From Fistulifera solaris (lineage: Eukaryota): DNA of 64,000 bases. The translations under genes and the position numbers were made by a program. Shown here piece after piece: positions 1 to 12,661 of the stretch. The stretch covers positions 372,001 to 436,000 of the forward strand of contig AP026124.1 of NCBI GenBank assembly GCA_030295235.1. The letters run 5' to 3'. Positions within the stretch are counted from its first letter, which is position 1. Each line of letters begins with the position of its first letter. A model generated the notes under the pieces. The model made no database searches. It was not told the DNA's origin and worked only from the letters and a program-made list of their open reading frames with translations.

Positions 1-97
1 AAAGCGATTATCAAAATCGAGCTAATCCTCCGCTGAAGGATATTGTCAAGTTGCTGTACCCGAACAAATCTGCATCGCAGCCGCAAAGAGTGACAAT

Positions 98-3000
98 CGC
101 ACTCGCTTTTCACAATTATTACTGGAACACGGAGAAAAGTCTCTACAGGATTGGGCGGTAGTCGCCAAGTCCTCCCCAGTGTCGCTGTCGTCATTACAAT
201 CTCCTTCCTCCGGTCCCACTCATTCGATACACTGGGCACAATCTACAACAAACGATGCACCGAAAAAGCAGTCGTCTCGTCGCAAAAAACAACAGGATAC
301 ATCCAAAGATGCTAGTCCTACCGCTCATATGAATGCGTTGCCCGGTCGTTTGCATTTGTGTTCGAGATCACTGGTCTTTGAACCAAATTCGACTGCTTAC
401 CCCATCGTTCGATGTCCCTTCAATAAACTACAAGAAGAACCGGCAGGTCGTGACAAAGTAGTAGAATGGATTGCGAAAAAGCATATTGCCATTCATTCGG
501 TCATTGCTCCGTTTCAAACCGTCAATCATGCGGTGCATTTCCGCATCGAATTTTTGCACTCGTCGGTCGACACATTGTTGCAACACACGGGAGAATTGTA
601 CGAAATATGCCAGAAACAAAGTCATCATCAACTAGCCCAATTGGAAGCAACGTCGCTTAAAGTACCACCGGTGATGGATCCTACCATGCTCCGCGTGAGA
701 GAACAGTTGGTCACCAGTCCGGTGCCGTGTCAGTGGATGACCCCCTTGCAAAGCACGGATGGTGTTCTTCTTGTGACCAACGAACGATTCACTTTCCAGA
801 GTTCCTTTGGTACTTCCTCATTTTGGTATCTCGATCAAGTCGCTGCTACAGCCAGGCGTTATTGTGGACTCCGTGATTGCGCGCTCGAAGTCTACTGGCA
901 GAACGGCACATCAACATTGTTGGCGTTAGAGCGACGACACGAACGAGAACAAGTTTTGCGACATTTACATCAAGTGCCTTGCGTCACCAATCGAGAATTT
1001 GTATTTCAAGTATTGAAAGCGTGGCAGACGAAAGAAATTAGCAATTTTGAGTATTTGCTGGCGTTGAATTCGGCCGCGGGGAGGACGTTTCATGATTTGT
1101 CACGGTATCCTGTATTTCCGTGGGTCCTTCGTGACTTTACCAGCAGCAAATTAGACTTGACGAATCCCTCTGCTTATCGTGATATGACAAAGCCTATTGG
1201 TGCGTTGAACGAAGAACGACTCGAGTATTTTCGCAATCGCATGTTGGGAATGCACGACATGGGTGAAGACTTTCTATATGGGACTCATTATTCCGCTCCT
1301 GGATATGTGTTGTATTATCTGGTGCGGAGCATGCCCGAACACATGCTGTGCTTGCAGAATGGGAAATTTGACGCGCCGGATCGAATGTTTCATAGCATTG
1401 AGCAGTGTTATCAATGTGTACTAACGAACCACGCGGATGTCAAGGAGCTGATCCCTGAGTTTTATAGTCAAGACTTTGACTTTTTGATAAATGCACGAGG
1501 CCTACAACTGGGGGCTACGCAGAATGGTGATCATGTGAATGATGTGCAACTACCAACTTGGGCGCGGTCTGCTCGAGATTTCTTACGAAAACATCGCGAA
1601 GCCCTCGAGTCCGACATTTGCACAAAAATGCTACCGAAATGGATAGACCTGATCTTTGGGTACAAATCTAGAGGAGACGCGGCAAAGGAAGCTTCAAACC
1701 TATTTCATCATACTGCGTACCTTGGCCCACACGATCTGGCTGCAATGCAGTCGGCGAAAGACCGTTTCAAGCGGAGCTGCAGGCAACAGAGTTTGGCATT
1801 GTCCCGGATATGCTATTCATCGGCCCTCATCCAGCCCAAATTGACAAGTTTTCAGAAGAATGTGTCTCGCAAGATATTGGTCGCACTACGAGTCGAGAAG
1901 ACTCAAGTAGAGAGGCTTGGGAGCTCTTAGACCCTCCATCAAGTCACGATGATAGACATGCTGATGCGGTTCCTGATTTAGTTGTCGAATCACCAGAACA
2001 GGAAGAGATCGAATCCACGCTGTCTATGGACCGAAATGATCCGTTTGGTGTTTCGAACGAAGACGTAGAAACACTGGCTCGCGAAGCACAAGTACCAACG
2101 CCTACCAGTGACGATTCCACGATTCACAAGCCATCGCCACCCAATCCAATAATGTCTGACGTAGGTGTTGCTATTACAAAGTGGGACATGCAGATTTTGG
2201 AAAGAAGACAATTACACAATGACTCCGTCAGCGGCTGTGCACTCTTGTTGGGAGCTCTTGAAAACAGCAAATCTGTGTTGGTTACGACGTCGTTAGATGG
2301 GGGCTTGAAAGTTCATTCGATGCTTCTTGAAACAGCTTCTATGGATCCGAAAGATTTGATCGCCTCCACGCTTTCGCGATTTGCTATGATCAATCGTAAA
2401 CAAACATCATTGTCTTCCGGTTCGTCAAAACTGGTCGAGTATCGAAGTCATTCCACGAGAGACCCCCTAGCGAGTCTTGTCCTGGCTTTAGATGGCTCAG
2501 GTGGCGCTGTAGCATTTGCTGGAGGTCATGATGATGTAGTCTTAGCCTATGGTATCAATTCAGCCTGCGCTGTCGCCTCCGTCTACTCACACCGAGACGC
2601 CGTCACTGGTCTAGACTTGATACCACGCTCACCATTTGATACAGGAAATACTCTTTGGTTAGAGACCGCCACTCATATCCTGATAAGTGGAAGCTGGGAT
2701 GCCACAGTTAAAGTATGGTCGGTTGCCGTTTCGGGGGGCGAAACGGTGGCGGTCAATCGAGAACCCCTGGCCGAGCTGTTCGACGCGGCTTCGTCGATCG
2801 TTTGCGTCGCGGCTATTTCCATTCCCACCGGCGGTATCCTTGTGAGCGCAGGTTGTGCGGATGGTAGTTTCTGCGTCTGGAATATACATAGTGATGGAGT
2901 ACAGGTTGTAATTCACAATGAACCCGCAAAGCGAGGATCGGGACCTTGCTCTGTTGTAAAATGGGTCTCTTCCGGAGGAGCCCTGCACATGTTTGCTGCT

Positions 3001-3348
3001 TTCTCGACCGGCAAAGTGGCAGCCTACTCTTTAGTTGAGGGAGTTCGCTTGGAGCGACGTAATGCTGTTTCAGTGGGAGTTCCTATTCTTTCACTGGCTT
3101 ACGCCGATGGCTTTATTCTCGTTGGATGCGCTGATGGTGGTCTCCGGTTGATTCCGCTGCGACAAGGTTGTTATTTTGAAGCCAAACCGACGCTATGGCC
3201 GGCTGTGAACAACAAGTCCTCTCCAGCAATCAGTAACATAAGTCTTTCGTATACAAATTCCGCTAGCAAAGACGACGAAGTACGATGCGTGTGCTGTACA
3301 GGAGGCGCCGACGGCAGCGTCGCATTGTTTGAACTAAGAAAGGCCTAA
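98..3348 (+). CDS. BEACH + WD40 protein, FAN/NSMAF-like (5' end uncertain; one frameshift near 1765)
   Basis: RTRFSQLLLEHGE upstream of the 179 ORF resembles the FAN N-terminus. BEACH motifs are ISNFEYLLALNSAAGRTFHDLSRYPVFPWV, YGTHYS, FDAPDRMF, DVKELIPEF and WIDLIFGYK. WD40 repeats (SGSWDATVKVW) lie in the 1810-3348 frame. No in-frame ATG upstream within the window, so an intron or upstream exon is likely. Confidence 0.85.
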
Positions 3349-3419
3349 GCTATGGGCGACGAGTTGCTGACGTTAAAAGCATGTAGTGATAATATTCTCG
3401 TGATTTAAATATGCACATT

Positions 3420-3949
3420 TTATTCTTCATCTTTATCAAAAGCCGTGTCCCAATATTTGGGATTGCGCTCAATATTCTTTTCCTTTAAACGAGTCACTGG
3501 AGTCAATCGGCCTGAAAATAGCAAAAGTTGAGACGGAAAATGTGGCTGCGAACAAGCATGGTTAACCCGATATGCCGGTCGTCTAACTTACCATTTTCAT
3601 CGGGCATCCATTTGAAGTATCCCGCACCCGACGGGCCTTGGTAATCTTCGGTCGGGTCCGGAGTGTCGCGATCAGTTTTTTTCATCTTGTCTTTCTCACC
3701 GTAGAAATTGGACTTGCGTTTGCCATAGAAAGCAGCACCGTTCCCGAGCCTACGAGCACTAGCATCATCAATGAAAGCATCTAGTTCTGCGAAGAAGTTT
3801 TTGACGCCTTGAAACGGCCCGCCGCCTTCTGCGCGAAGCGATAATGGGCAGTTTCTTCCAGAGGGCTGTTGCGATACTGGTAGGAAAGCCGAGCTGAGCT
3901 GAAGGACTGCGAGGCCTACGATGAATGATAGAGAGCGTTGCACAACCAT
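3420..3949 (-). CDS. Small hypothetical protein, probably plastid-targeted, 2 exons (intron 3512-3591)
   Basis: Hydrophobic signal peptide ending SSAF-LP. The GTAAG...TTTCAG intron restores a frame ending ...KYWDTAFDKDEE*. Confidence 0.65.
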
Positions 3950-4454
3950 GTTTATTTTCTAGTTCTCTTATAATTGAAGTAGCTTTTCCGATATGTTACG
4001 AAGCTTCGCTCTCGTTTCGAAAGAGAAAGTCGATGCAGAATAATAATAGCGAGACGAAGTGCATCGAAATAGTTGCACAAGTTTTGGGCACGAACCTTCG
4101 CTGTCTTATTTGCATACGTGTTTCTGATCGTGACTAACCCGAATGGCATTCCTTGCAGGACTGGAAGCCGCATTTACCGACCATTTTTACCCTCTCGAAA
4201 ACAGTAGGAGTGACCAGACGCGTTTTAAATGATGGGTACCGCTGTGAGGGACATATAGCAGCGACGAATTTTTTTCGTGGTTGTGAAGTATTTTGTTCCT
4301 CTTGTTGGTTTTCGTAGTTTTCGTTAATGGCAATGGAGAACCGCCCGGTTTTACAGCACTCTTCGTTGCTTTTCTTTAACACAACCAATAGTAACTAGCT
4401 GTAACCAGTCTACAACCGAGGCGAGTGATCCATTAGCGCCGCTACCGGAAGAAA

Positions 4455-5401
4455 ATGAATCATCGATTCGCTCTTATAATAATGGCTTTCATTTGTTCTT
4501 TGCGTCGTGCATCCGCCTTCACCGCTGCCCTGTTAGAAAGAGAAGTTCCAAGAAAGGTTTCTTCAGTTCTGTACCTTTCGTCGGAAGCACAAGTAACACC
4601 CTGGAACTCTCCTGTCGTGTCGGAACGGGTGGCAAATCGTCGCCGCAATAATAACGCTCGATTTCGACAGCACGTGAATCCACTGGCGAGACAATATCAA
4701 CAACCAACGGTTTTGACGGATTCATGGCCTCAAGATACTTTCACCATATGCAAAAAACCGTTACATCTGGATATTGGTTGCGGTAAGGGTGGCTTTCTTC
4801 TTGATATGGTCAAAAGACGGCGGAAGAATGTGCGTCCTCGGAATTGTCGATGGCCGATGCGTTACCGTACAATTATCTTGGATTGGAAATTCGTCCTGGT
4901 GTCGCTTTGATGGCGAAAGAGCGAATTCCAGTACATGGAGCTGTAGGCGTCCTTGATTATGTTGGGTGTAATGCGAACGTTGATTTGGATCGAATCATGG
5001 ACCGCTATCACTCTCAGAGTAACCGCCTCCTGTTGGACCGTGTATCCATTCAGTTTCCAGATCCTCATTTCAAAAGCCAGCACGCGAAGCGACGTGTGGT
5101 TACACCTGCGTTGGTGAGCACCTTAGCTAAATACATGCCGGAGGATAGTCATGTTTTTCTACAAAGCGATATTCAGTCTGTGCTCGACGACATGAGACTA
5201 AGGTTTCGAGAAAGTGCGTACTTCAAAGACACCATAGAATCTGTGGAACAGTATTTAGAAGAGAATCCATGGGGAGTTCCGACAGAAAGGGAGGTCAGCG
5301 TACTAAAGAAAGAAATGCCAGTTTACCGAGCGATACTGATCAGAAACGGTGTCACTCATGTTGCTGGGAATAATGAAATTAGCGTGCTCGATCAAGACTA
5401 G
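4455..5401 (+). CDS. trmB: tRNA (guanine-N7)-methyltransferase, TrmB type, probably plastid-targeted (frameshift ~4830)
   Basis: RFRQHVNPL, LDIGCGKG, YLGLEIR, QFPDPHFK..HAKRR, FLQSD and PTERE motifs; N-terminal signal with ASAF. Confidence 0.88.
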
Positions 5402-5580
5402 GATTGATCAAAAGCTACACTACTAATTGTAAGTCTTTTCGTCAAGAAAGAATTTGTACAGACGACGCAGCACGAGAGTTCGTAGAGTAGCAGCGAAGCA
5501 TACATTTCAAAATTTTACTGAATGCTACTGTTATCAACAATGTATATGAGCTTGCTTTTGCAACAGGAATTCTTGCGAGG

Positions 5581-6735
5581 CTAATCAGAAAGATCGGCTC
5601 GACGATCCGTGACGAACATGTGCCCTGCCGCGTGAGTGATAGCGAACGGCACTTGGCTGTCCATTAAGACGCTTTGTGGAGTGACGCCGCAGGCATGGAA
5701 CACAGGAACTTCGTCGGGGAGAACATTAACGTGGTCGCCCCAGTCGGGAGGATTGTTGAGATCGATTCCGATAATGTCGGGTCGCCCTATACAAAGAGGG
5801 CCTCCGTGTGTATGTCGGAACTGAGATGTAATCTCAACGTGCTTGGAAATTTGCAGAGCAGGAATGGGCTTCATGGATACCACAATATTGCCTTTCATTC
5901 TTCCTGCTGGTCGACACGGAAGATTGGTTCGATACATCGGGACATTCTTTCCTTGTTCAGCGGAACGAAGAGGAATACCAGCTTTCTGCAGGGCGCCATC
6001 GTAAGAGAAACTACATCCAATCAAAAAGGCGACAGAGTTTTTGGCCAGATATCTGTCACGTCGATTCGTTCCTCGTGCAACTTTCCGTTTCGATAAACTG
6101 CGTATCTAAAATTTAACCCGACGTTAGCTTTGCAATAATTCCTTCATAGAACTAGACAGTTTCACTACTTACTTCGGGCAATCAGTTCGTAAATCTGCCG
6201 TGGTTGCCAGCAAGGTAGGAATAGCCGAACCAATGTCACATACTTCAAGCAAGGGACAAGCTTGGGGATTTCTTTGACAAAACAAAAGGAAATCAAAAGC
6301 AAAGGTACCTTGTGGCAGCACAACAAGGTTGCATTGCAACATTCCAGGGCAGACACCGTTCGTGGGGCCAGTGAACTCACCCGAACGAACTCTTTGACGG
6401 AATTTTTGTGTCACTAGAATATCGGGATTGTTGAATCTTGGGGCCCCGTACCAATTCAATGTTGTTGTTTGTCCTTCCAGTAAAGATGGTCGTTCTGGTG
6501 GTTCCCAACTTTCACATATATTCAAAAGCTTTGCGTCGTCTTCTGTTTGGGTATCGGGCGGTCGCAGTGTCAGATTGGGCATCGCTGCTTGTAACTTTTG
6601 GAATTCACTTTCAGTGAAGGTGTTGGCTGGACTGCCTTCTTGAGGCTGAAGCGAAGGAAGTACATTGCGAAGAACTTCAGCTGTGATGGTCGTTTCTGTC
6701 AGGTCACGACAGGTAATGTCGTCTTGAGTATTCAT
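5581..6735 (-). CDS. DUF1445/YcsI-family protein (D-glutamate cyclase-like putative hydro-lyase); intron ~6106-6171 and a frameshift ~6040
   Basis: G.CPG.LQCNLVVLP, AFDFLLFCQRNPQACPLL, ADLRTDCPKY, IGCSFS, VPMYRT, VVSMKP, HGGP, PVFHACGVTPQ and AITHAAGHMFVTD motifs. Confidence 0.85.
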
Positions 6736-7089
6736 GATGTTAAAGTTGAAACCGGCTCAGCCCTTCGATGATCAGTAAACCAAGAATAAAAGCTTCCGGG
6801 GCAACAACAATGCACTTTTATTTACTCGTATCGATATCAGCGTCGATAAAAGGCACAATCTAGAGACTCTCTCGTTTCTAGATTGAGTAAGGTAGTTTGC
6901 TACATTAAGAGCATAACAGCACTGGTACTTAGTACTTGTTCGGAGTCTAAAATAATAATGATGTGTTGTGCGAATAAAACGCGAAAAAACGGACCTCTAC
7001 GCCGCGACAGTAGGCCACAGAGTAAACCGCTTGCCACAAAAACTCAAATTTTTTCCGCTCGACGCTTCTTTGGGTAAATAGACCATGTA

Positions 7090-7599
7090 TGTTGAAATTT
7101 CTACCGCGGTCTGTAACTGCTCTCGGCTATCGGGGACTCCACACACCCCAGACGAAAGACTATTGAAACAACGAACTTTTGCTCCAAACACTCGTTTACA
7201 GAATTATGACGATTTCCTACGATTACTTTCGCTTTCCTCTTTTCACTGGTCTCCGATCTGATCTTGATCTGATCATGATCCGATCTTGCCAAGTCCATTT
7301 CTCCAATAACAACTTTAGGATAAAATAGCCCTTTCTGCCAATCCACCAGATTCTCCATTATTGCATGTTCCTTAGCAACTAGCAACAGTCATCGTCCATA
7401 ATTGCATACTGGATTCTTCCGTGATCCCAAATCCCCAAACATATAGTTCGAAACACTTCCGAGACTCCTTTCACGAGTAGAATGCTTTCCCAATAAACTA
7501 GGCGGTCATTTCGAACCATTCCGACATCCGATGACGTGTCAACTCATGACTGAATAAATCTTTCAGTCCGACACTCAACCTCGACCTCGCTCTTTGACA
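7090..7599 (-). repeat. 3' LTR (510 bp)
   Basis: TGTTGAAATTTC...CTCTTTGACA; direct repeat of 11951-12464. Confidence 0.95.
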
Positions 7600-10500
7600 T
7601 CCTCCCTGTCGGCTGCTAAGATTAACTGCGTCATGAGTCCTTCTCTAACAACAGGCACCAAAAGATCATGGATTTTCTCTGTCACATTCTTGGTTTCCAG
7701 ATCTGCAATATTCCTTTCCGATCGAATAAACTTCACAACCAGCCTGGCTTCTTCCTTCTCCGTTGCAGCCATCATCTCCCTTATAAAATGCATTCGAATA
7801 TCAATGTGTTTCGTCCTATTCCCCACAACTTGGTTTTCCATCAAGAAGATTGCGCCCGTGTTATCTTCAAACAAGGTAGCCGGTCGAATCTTCACCTTCG
7901 GAAACAATTCTTCGAATAACATCTGCAAAAACTTGATGTCCGTCGCACAGATGCCGCATAATATTCCGCCTCCGTACTTGACAGTGTCACCGCCCGGTTG
8001 CAACTTGCTTGAAAAGCCACACAAACAACCTCCAATGGTAACAAAGTAGCCAGTAACACTTTTCCGCGACTCCTTGTTCGTAGCAAAGTTTGAATCCACC
8101 CATGCGTAAACCTTCAAATTAACAGGCTCGCGCAACTTCAAATGAACGTCCGTACTCTCGAGATAGCCAACCAATCTCTTCATCGCTCTCCAATGTTCTT
8201 CGCCTGGCGAATCCATAAACATTGCAAGCTCCCTGACTGCATTTCCACATTCCGGAGCTACTTTCCGCACCAGCCACATGAGACGTCCGAGAAACTTCCG
8301 ATACTGATCCTTATTAACTGGATCGCCTACGTTCTTCACAAGCGATTCCCCTGGATAGCCCGGTGTCTTCTCAGCTTTCAACGGTCCAATCAGCTCCTTC
8401 CAATCCTTTACTATCTCGTCTTTGTACTCATCCATTCGCACTTCGTAGAACTCTCCTGCTTCATCCGATTTTCTCTCGTACCAAACTCCCAAGTGTTTCT
8501 GAATCGGGCCCATTTCGGTAATGTTGAAGCGCTTCTTGATCTCTCTCTTGAACCAATTGATTTCTTCTTGGGGACCGGCAAGGATACAATCATCGACATA
8601 CACCACAATGATTAGTACTGTCTCGCCGTTCACCACTTTAAACCAGACACACGGATCCGCAGCACTCTGAATAAGCCCCAGCTTCCTCAATTGGGCACAG
8701 TAGAGCATGAAGTACTCTCGTGGACTCTGGACCAAACCGTACATCGCCCTCTCCAATAGGATGATGTAGTCAATTAACTCTTCATGCGTGATGTACCCAA
8801 ACTCATACAGCCCAAAGGGCCATTCAAGATACACCTCCTCTCTCAACTTCGCTTCTAGAAACGCAGCCTCAACGTCAATAACTTCAGTGACCCACATCTT
8901 CTTCCACATGTAAAGTACCACTGCCAAAACCATTCGAACCGACATGTCCGATGCAACAGGTGAATGCGAAAGAGTGAAGTCCACACCAGGGATTTGAACA
9001 AACCCCCGCGCACAAGTCCGAGCTTTGAAACGAATTCCTGTTGCCTCTTTCTTCTTTTGAAAATCCACTTCGGCGTAACAGGCTTCCGTCCTCTCTCCTT
9101 CATCTGCTTTCTAGGAACCATCTTCCAAGCATCTCTTTTAATGAAATTTTCAATCTCCTTCTTCATTGCCTCTTTCCACTTGTCTGCATCCGGACCAACC
9201 AAGGCTTCCTTGTAAGTTTTCGGCGCACCAGGATCCGACGCCAACTCCGTATTCAAAACGTAGTGAAAATAACCTTCCGACACATCGATTGTATTGATCT
9301 CTCCTTTGGCGTTCATTGTTGGGTTATATGAAGTGTCCAGCCTTGCCATTTCTCTATTCAGTCTTTTCATCGTCGATTGCGTCTCTTTCCGTTGATTCGG
9401 TGCTGGAGTATTGTCCGCCGTAGCCTCGGGTACCAGAGCTTCCGTAGGACCTTCCACAGCCACTTCGACAACTTCCTCTGCCGCTTTCTCTTCCACAACT
9501 TTCCTCCCTGCTCCAGCATCGACATCTTCGAGCATCACCGGTTTGATTGCGACTTCCTCCCCAATTTGGTCATCCTTTAAGTCGACTTCCATTCCAGCTG
9601 CAAACATCCTTAACTCTGATGCAACTGAAGCACTCGATCCATGCCAGTCTGCCCAAGTGACGTCACGTGAGAGAATGACAATATTTTCATCCGGCTTGTA
9701 AACACGATACGTATCGCCCGAATGCGAATCCGCGTACCCAACCATCACGCATTTCACTGACTTCTTCTCCAACTTGGGCTGTTTGTTTCGTAAAGTCACA
9801 TATCCGATCCGCCCCCACTGAACCAAGTGTTTCAGTATCTTAGGATGCTCGCCGTACCACGCATAATCAGGGCTCGATTCCACATTCCGATTCGGGACAG
9901 CGTTATCCAACTTCGTTGCCGTGTGAACAGCCTCGGGCCATAACTTTCCTTGATGCTCATCCGACAACTTCGCCGCCAACATCATCGCAAGGGCCTTATC
10001 GCGAATTGTCGTGAACTTCCTCTCAACAACACCGTTCATCTGCGGAGTATGCGGGGCAGTAAACTCCATAGTTATGCCCCTCGCCTCACAGATCTCCTTG
10101 AATGTTCCGTTCTCGCCTGCATTATCACACCGAATGTACTTTACGATTACGTTCGGATCTCCTTTCAAGCGATCAAGAAATAGCGTCATGACTTTGCCAA
10201 TCATCGACTTCTTTGTAACGAAGTAACTCCAAGCTTTGCGCGTGTAATCATCCACCAATAAGATCCAGTAGCAACTCTGTCCCAACGATTTCTTGTAGGG
10301 CCCACTCGTGTCCACGTAGAATCGTTCTCCTTTCGCCGTTGCTTTGATAGCCGTCGACTTGCACACCGCCTTTGCTTTCGCCTTCGCATACGCGCACGCC
10401 TCGCATGTCTCCTTGGTTCCAGTTAACTCGATTCCCAACTGTTTCATGAGACTCTTCAAAGGAATGTCGCTTGCGTGTCCGTACATATCGTGCGCAGCAT

Positions 10501-11902
10501 TTATGTCCATCTTCACTTTGGTCTCCACCGCATGGACATCTGACTTAACAACGCTAGCCTTCAAGTAGTATAACCCATAGTGTGACTGAGGTACCGTCAA
10601 CACACTCTTTCCGGAGGGGTCAGTGATCTTCATCGCACAACTGGTTATCTCAATCTTGCACCCTTGCTTCACTAAAGCCCCAGTACTGATAATATTCTTC
10701 GCGAACGTCGGCGCCACCTTGACTTCACTCAACTTCATAGTACCACCCACAGTAGCGAGCATGAGTGTACCCTTCTTGTGTACTTGGACTTCCTTTCCGT
10801 CACCGACGACCAAATACTCCTTCGTCGAAATAACATCGCGCAAAATCGTTTCATCCACAACAACATGGCACGTCGCTCCACTGTCGAGAAGGAACCTTTC
10901 CTTGTCTTTGACTCTCGACACTTCGACCGCGCCAACTTGATGAACGACGCCACAGAACTCTTCGCCGCCTTTGCCGACCTCATAGCACATGCCGACGAAC
11001 ATGTTCAGGTCCTTGTTCTCCGACTTCGGATCCTTGCCGTTCGACTTGTCCGGACACTCGCGAGAGAAATGGCCTTCCTTGCCACAGTTGAAGCAGACTT
11101 TCTTCTTGTCGCTCTTGCACTCCGCTGCCTTGTGTCCTTGTTTGCCGCAGTTGCGGCACTTTCCTTGAACTTCTTCTTAAAACCACCCTTGCCCTTTTCG
11201 ACGTTTAATGCTAAATTTTTATTTTCTTTTTTGTCCTTTTTCTTTTTCTTCGTTTTCTTCATCGTTCTTGGGCTTGAAACAGCGCTTCCACTTGTTCCGG
11301 ATCTCCTTCTCGAGGTCTTCAATCGAGGTCTCGTTGATCTTTCCGCTCAACTTCGTGATCACATCCGACTACTCGTCAGGAAGGTTGGCCAAGTAGTGGG
11401 CCTTCAAAACGAAACTTGGCTTCACATACTGCGATCCGATTGTCTTCAAACGGTTCTGCAACCGATCGCACTCCAGGAAGAACTTGTCAGGGTCATCTTC
11501 CTTCGGACGCCAACTTGCACCGTCCGAACTCCGCCAACACTTCCGCCAAATCTTCCTCGCTGTTCCGGGCGTACTTAGCATCCAAAAGCTTGAATGCGCT
11601 CTCGCATCGCCATCCGCTCTCTTGACAAGACCCAAAGGAACGCCTTCGCACGCAATCACCAACAAATCGATGATCTCGAGATTGCTTCGATACAACTCCT
11701 TGTCCTTCGCCGTCGCCGTCGCTCCCATCGCAACTTCCTTCGTGGGGATCTCGGCCTTCAGGTCATCGAACACACTCGTCCAACCTCTCTTCGTGATCAA
11801 CGACATCGTCTTGAACTTCCAGTCATCGTACGACTTCTCAGCGACCTTGTCGTCCAACGGGTAGAAGGTCAAAGCCCTCATCTTCTCTCCCTCGTCGGTC
11901 AT
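7575..11902 (-). CDS. Copia gag-pol polyprotein, split by several single-base frameshifts
   Basis: Gag with two CCHC knuckles (CRNCGKQGHKAAEC and CFNCGKEGHFSREC, ~11045-11160); protease LLDSGAT; integrase H..YGH...CEAC, VDTSG, RCDNAGE and ERK; RT FKARTCARGF, DVEAAFL, MYGLVQS and YVDD; RNase H WVDSNFA, EAEY, EDN and KHIDIR. The ORF runs into the 3' LTR. Confidence 0.93.
7600..7608 (-). other. Polypurine tract of the copia element
   Basis: Minus-strand AGGGAGGA directly precedes the TG of the 3' LTR. Confidence 0.7.
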
Positions 11903-11950
11903 CTTGTCTTGTCTCGTAAACTTTTTTTCTCAACGCCACGCTTATAAGCG

Positions 11951-12464
11951 TGTTGAAATTTCTACCGCGGTCTGTAACTGCTCTCGGCTATCGGGGGACT
12001 CCACACACCCCAGACGAAAGACTATTGAAACAACGAACTTTTGCTCCAAACACTCGTTTACAGAATTATGACGATTTCCTACGATTACTTTCGCTTTCCT
12101 CTTTTTCACTGGTCTCCGATCTGATCTTGATCTGATCATGATCCCGATCTTGCCAAGTCCATTTCTCCAATAACAACTTTAGGATAAAATAGCCCTTTCT
12201 GCCAATCCACCAGATTCTCCATTATTGCATGTTCCTTAGCAACTAGCAACAGTCATCGTCCATAATTGCATACTGGATTCTTCCGTGATCCCAAATCCCC
12301 AAACATATAGTTCGAAACACTTCCGAGACTCCTTTCACGAGTAGAATGCTTTCCCAATAAACTAGGGCGGTCATTTCGAACCATTCCGACATCCGATGAC
12401 GTGTCAACTCATGACTGAATAAATCTTTCAGTCCGACACTCAACCTCGACCTCGCTCTTTGACA
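11951..12464 (-). repeat. 5' LTR (514 bp)
   Basis: By eye it differs from the 3' LTR only in four homopolymer lengths. Confidence 0.95.
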
Positions 12465-12661
12465 CATGTAATCCGTCCTTTCAATCCAATCGGAAGCAAA
12501 CATCAAAAGCTCTCAAAGGAATTCTTGCTGATTTGAAATTAATACTAGTTCTTTTCATTGCACGTAGCATCTCACCTTGAGTATCGATGTAGTTTCTAAA
12601 AGAACGATCCCTTGCTTTTGACTAATTCGTCTCTGGGTAAATGCAAAGAGCAAACTTTGAC

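Larger units (their letters stand above)
7090..12464 (-). mobile_element. Full-length Ty1/copia LTR retrotransposon
   Basis: Two ~510-bp TG...CA LTRs, a CATGTA duplication on both flanks, gag-PR-IN-RT-RNaseH domain order on the minus strand, and a purine tract next to the 3' LTR. Confidence 0.97.

Noticed and set aside
10778..11947. Long plus-strand ORFs inside the retrotransposon
   Set aside because: Antisense shadows of the codon-biased gag; no recognisable motifs.
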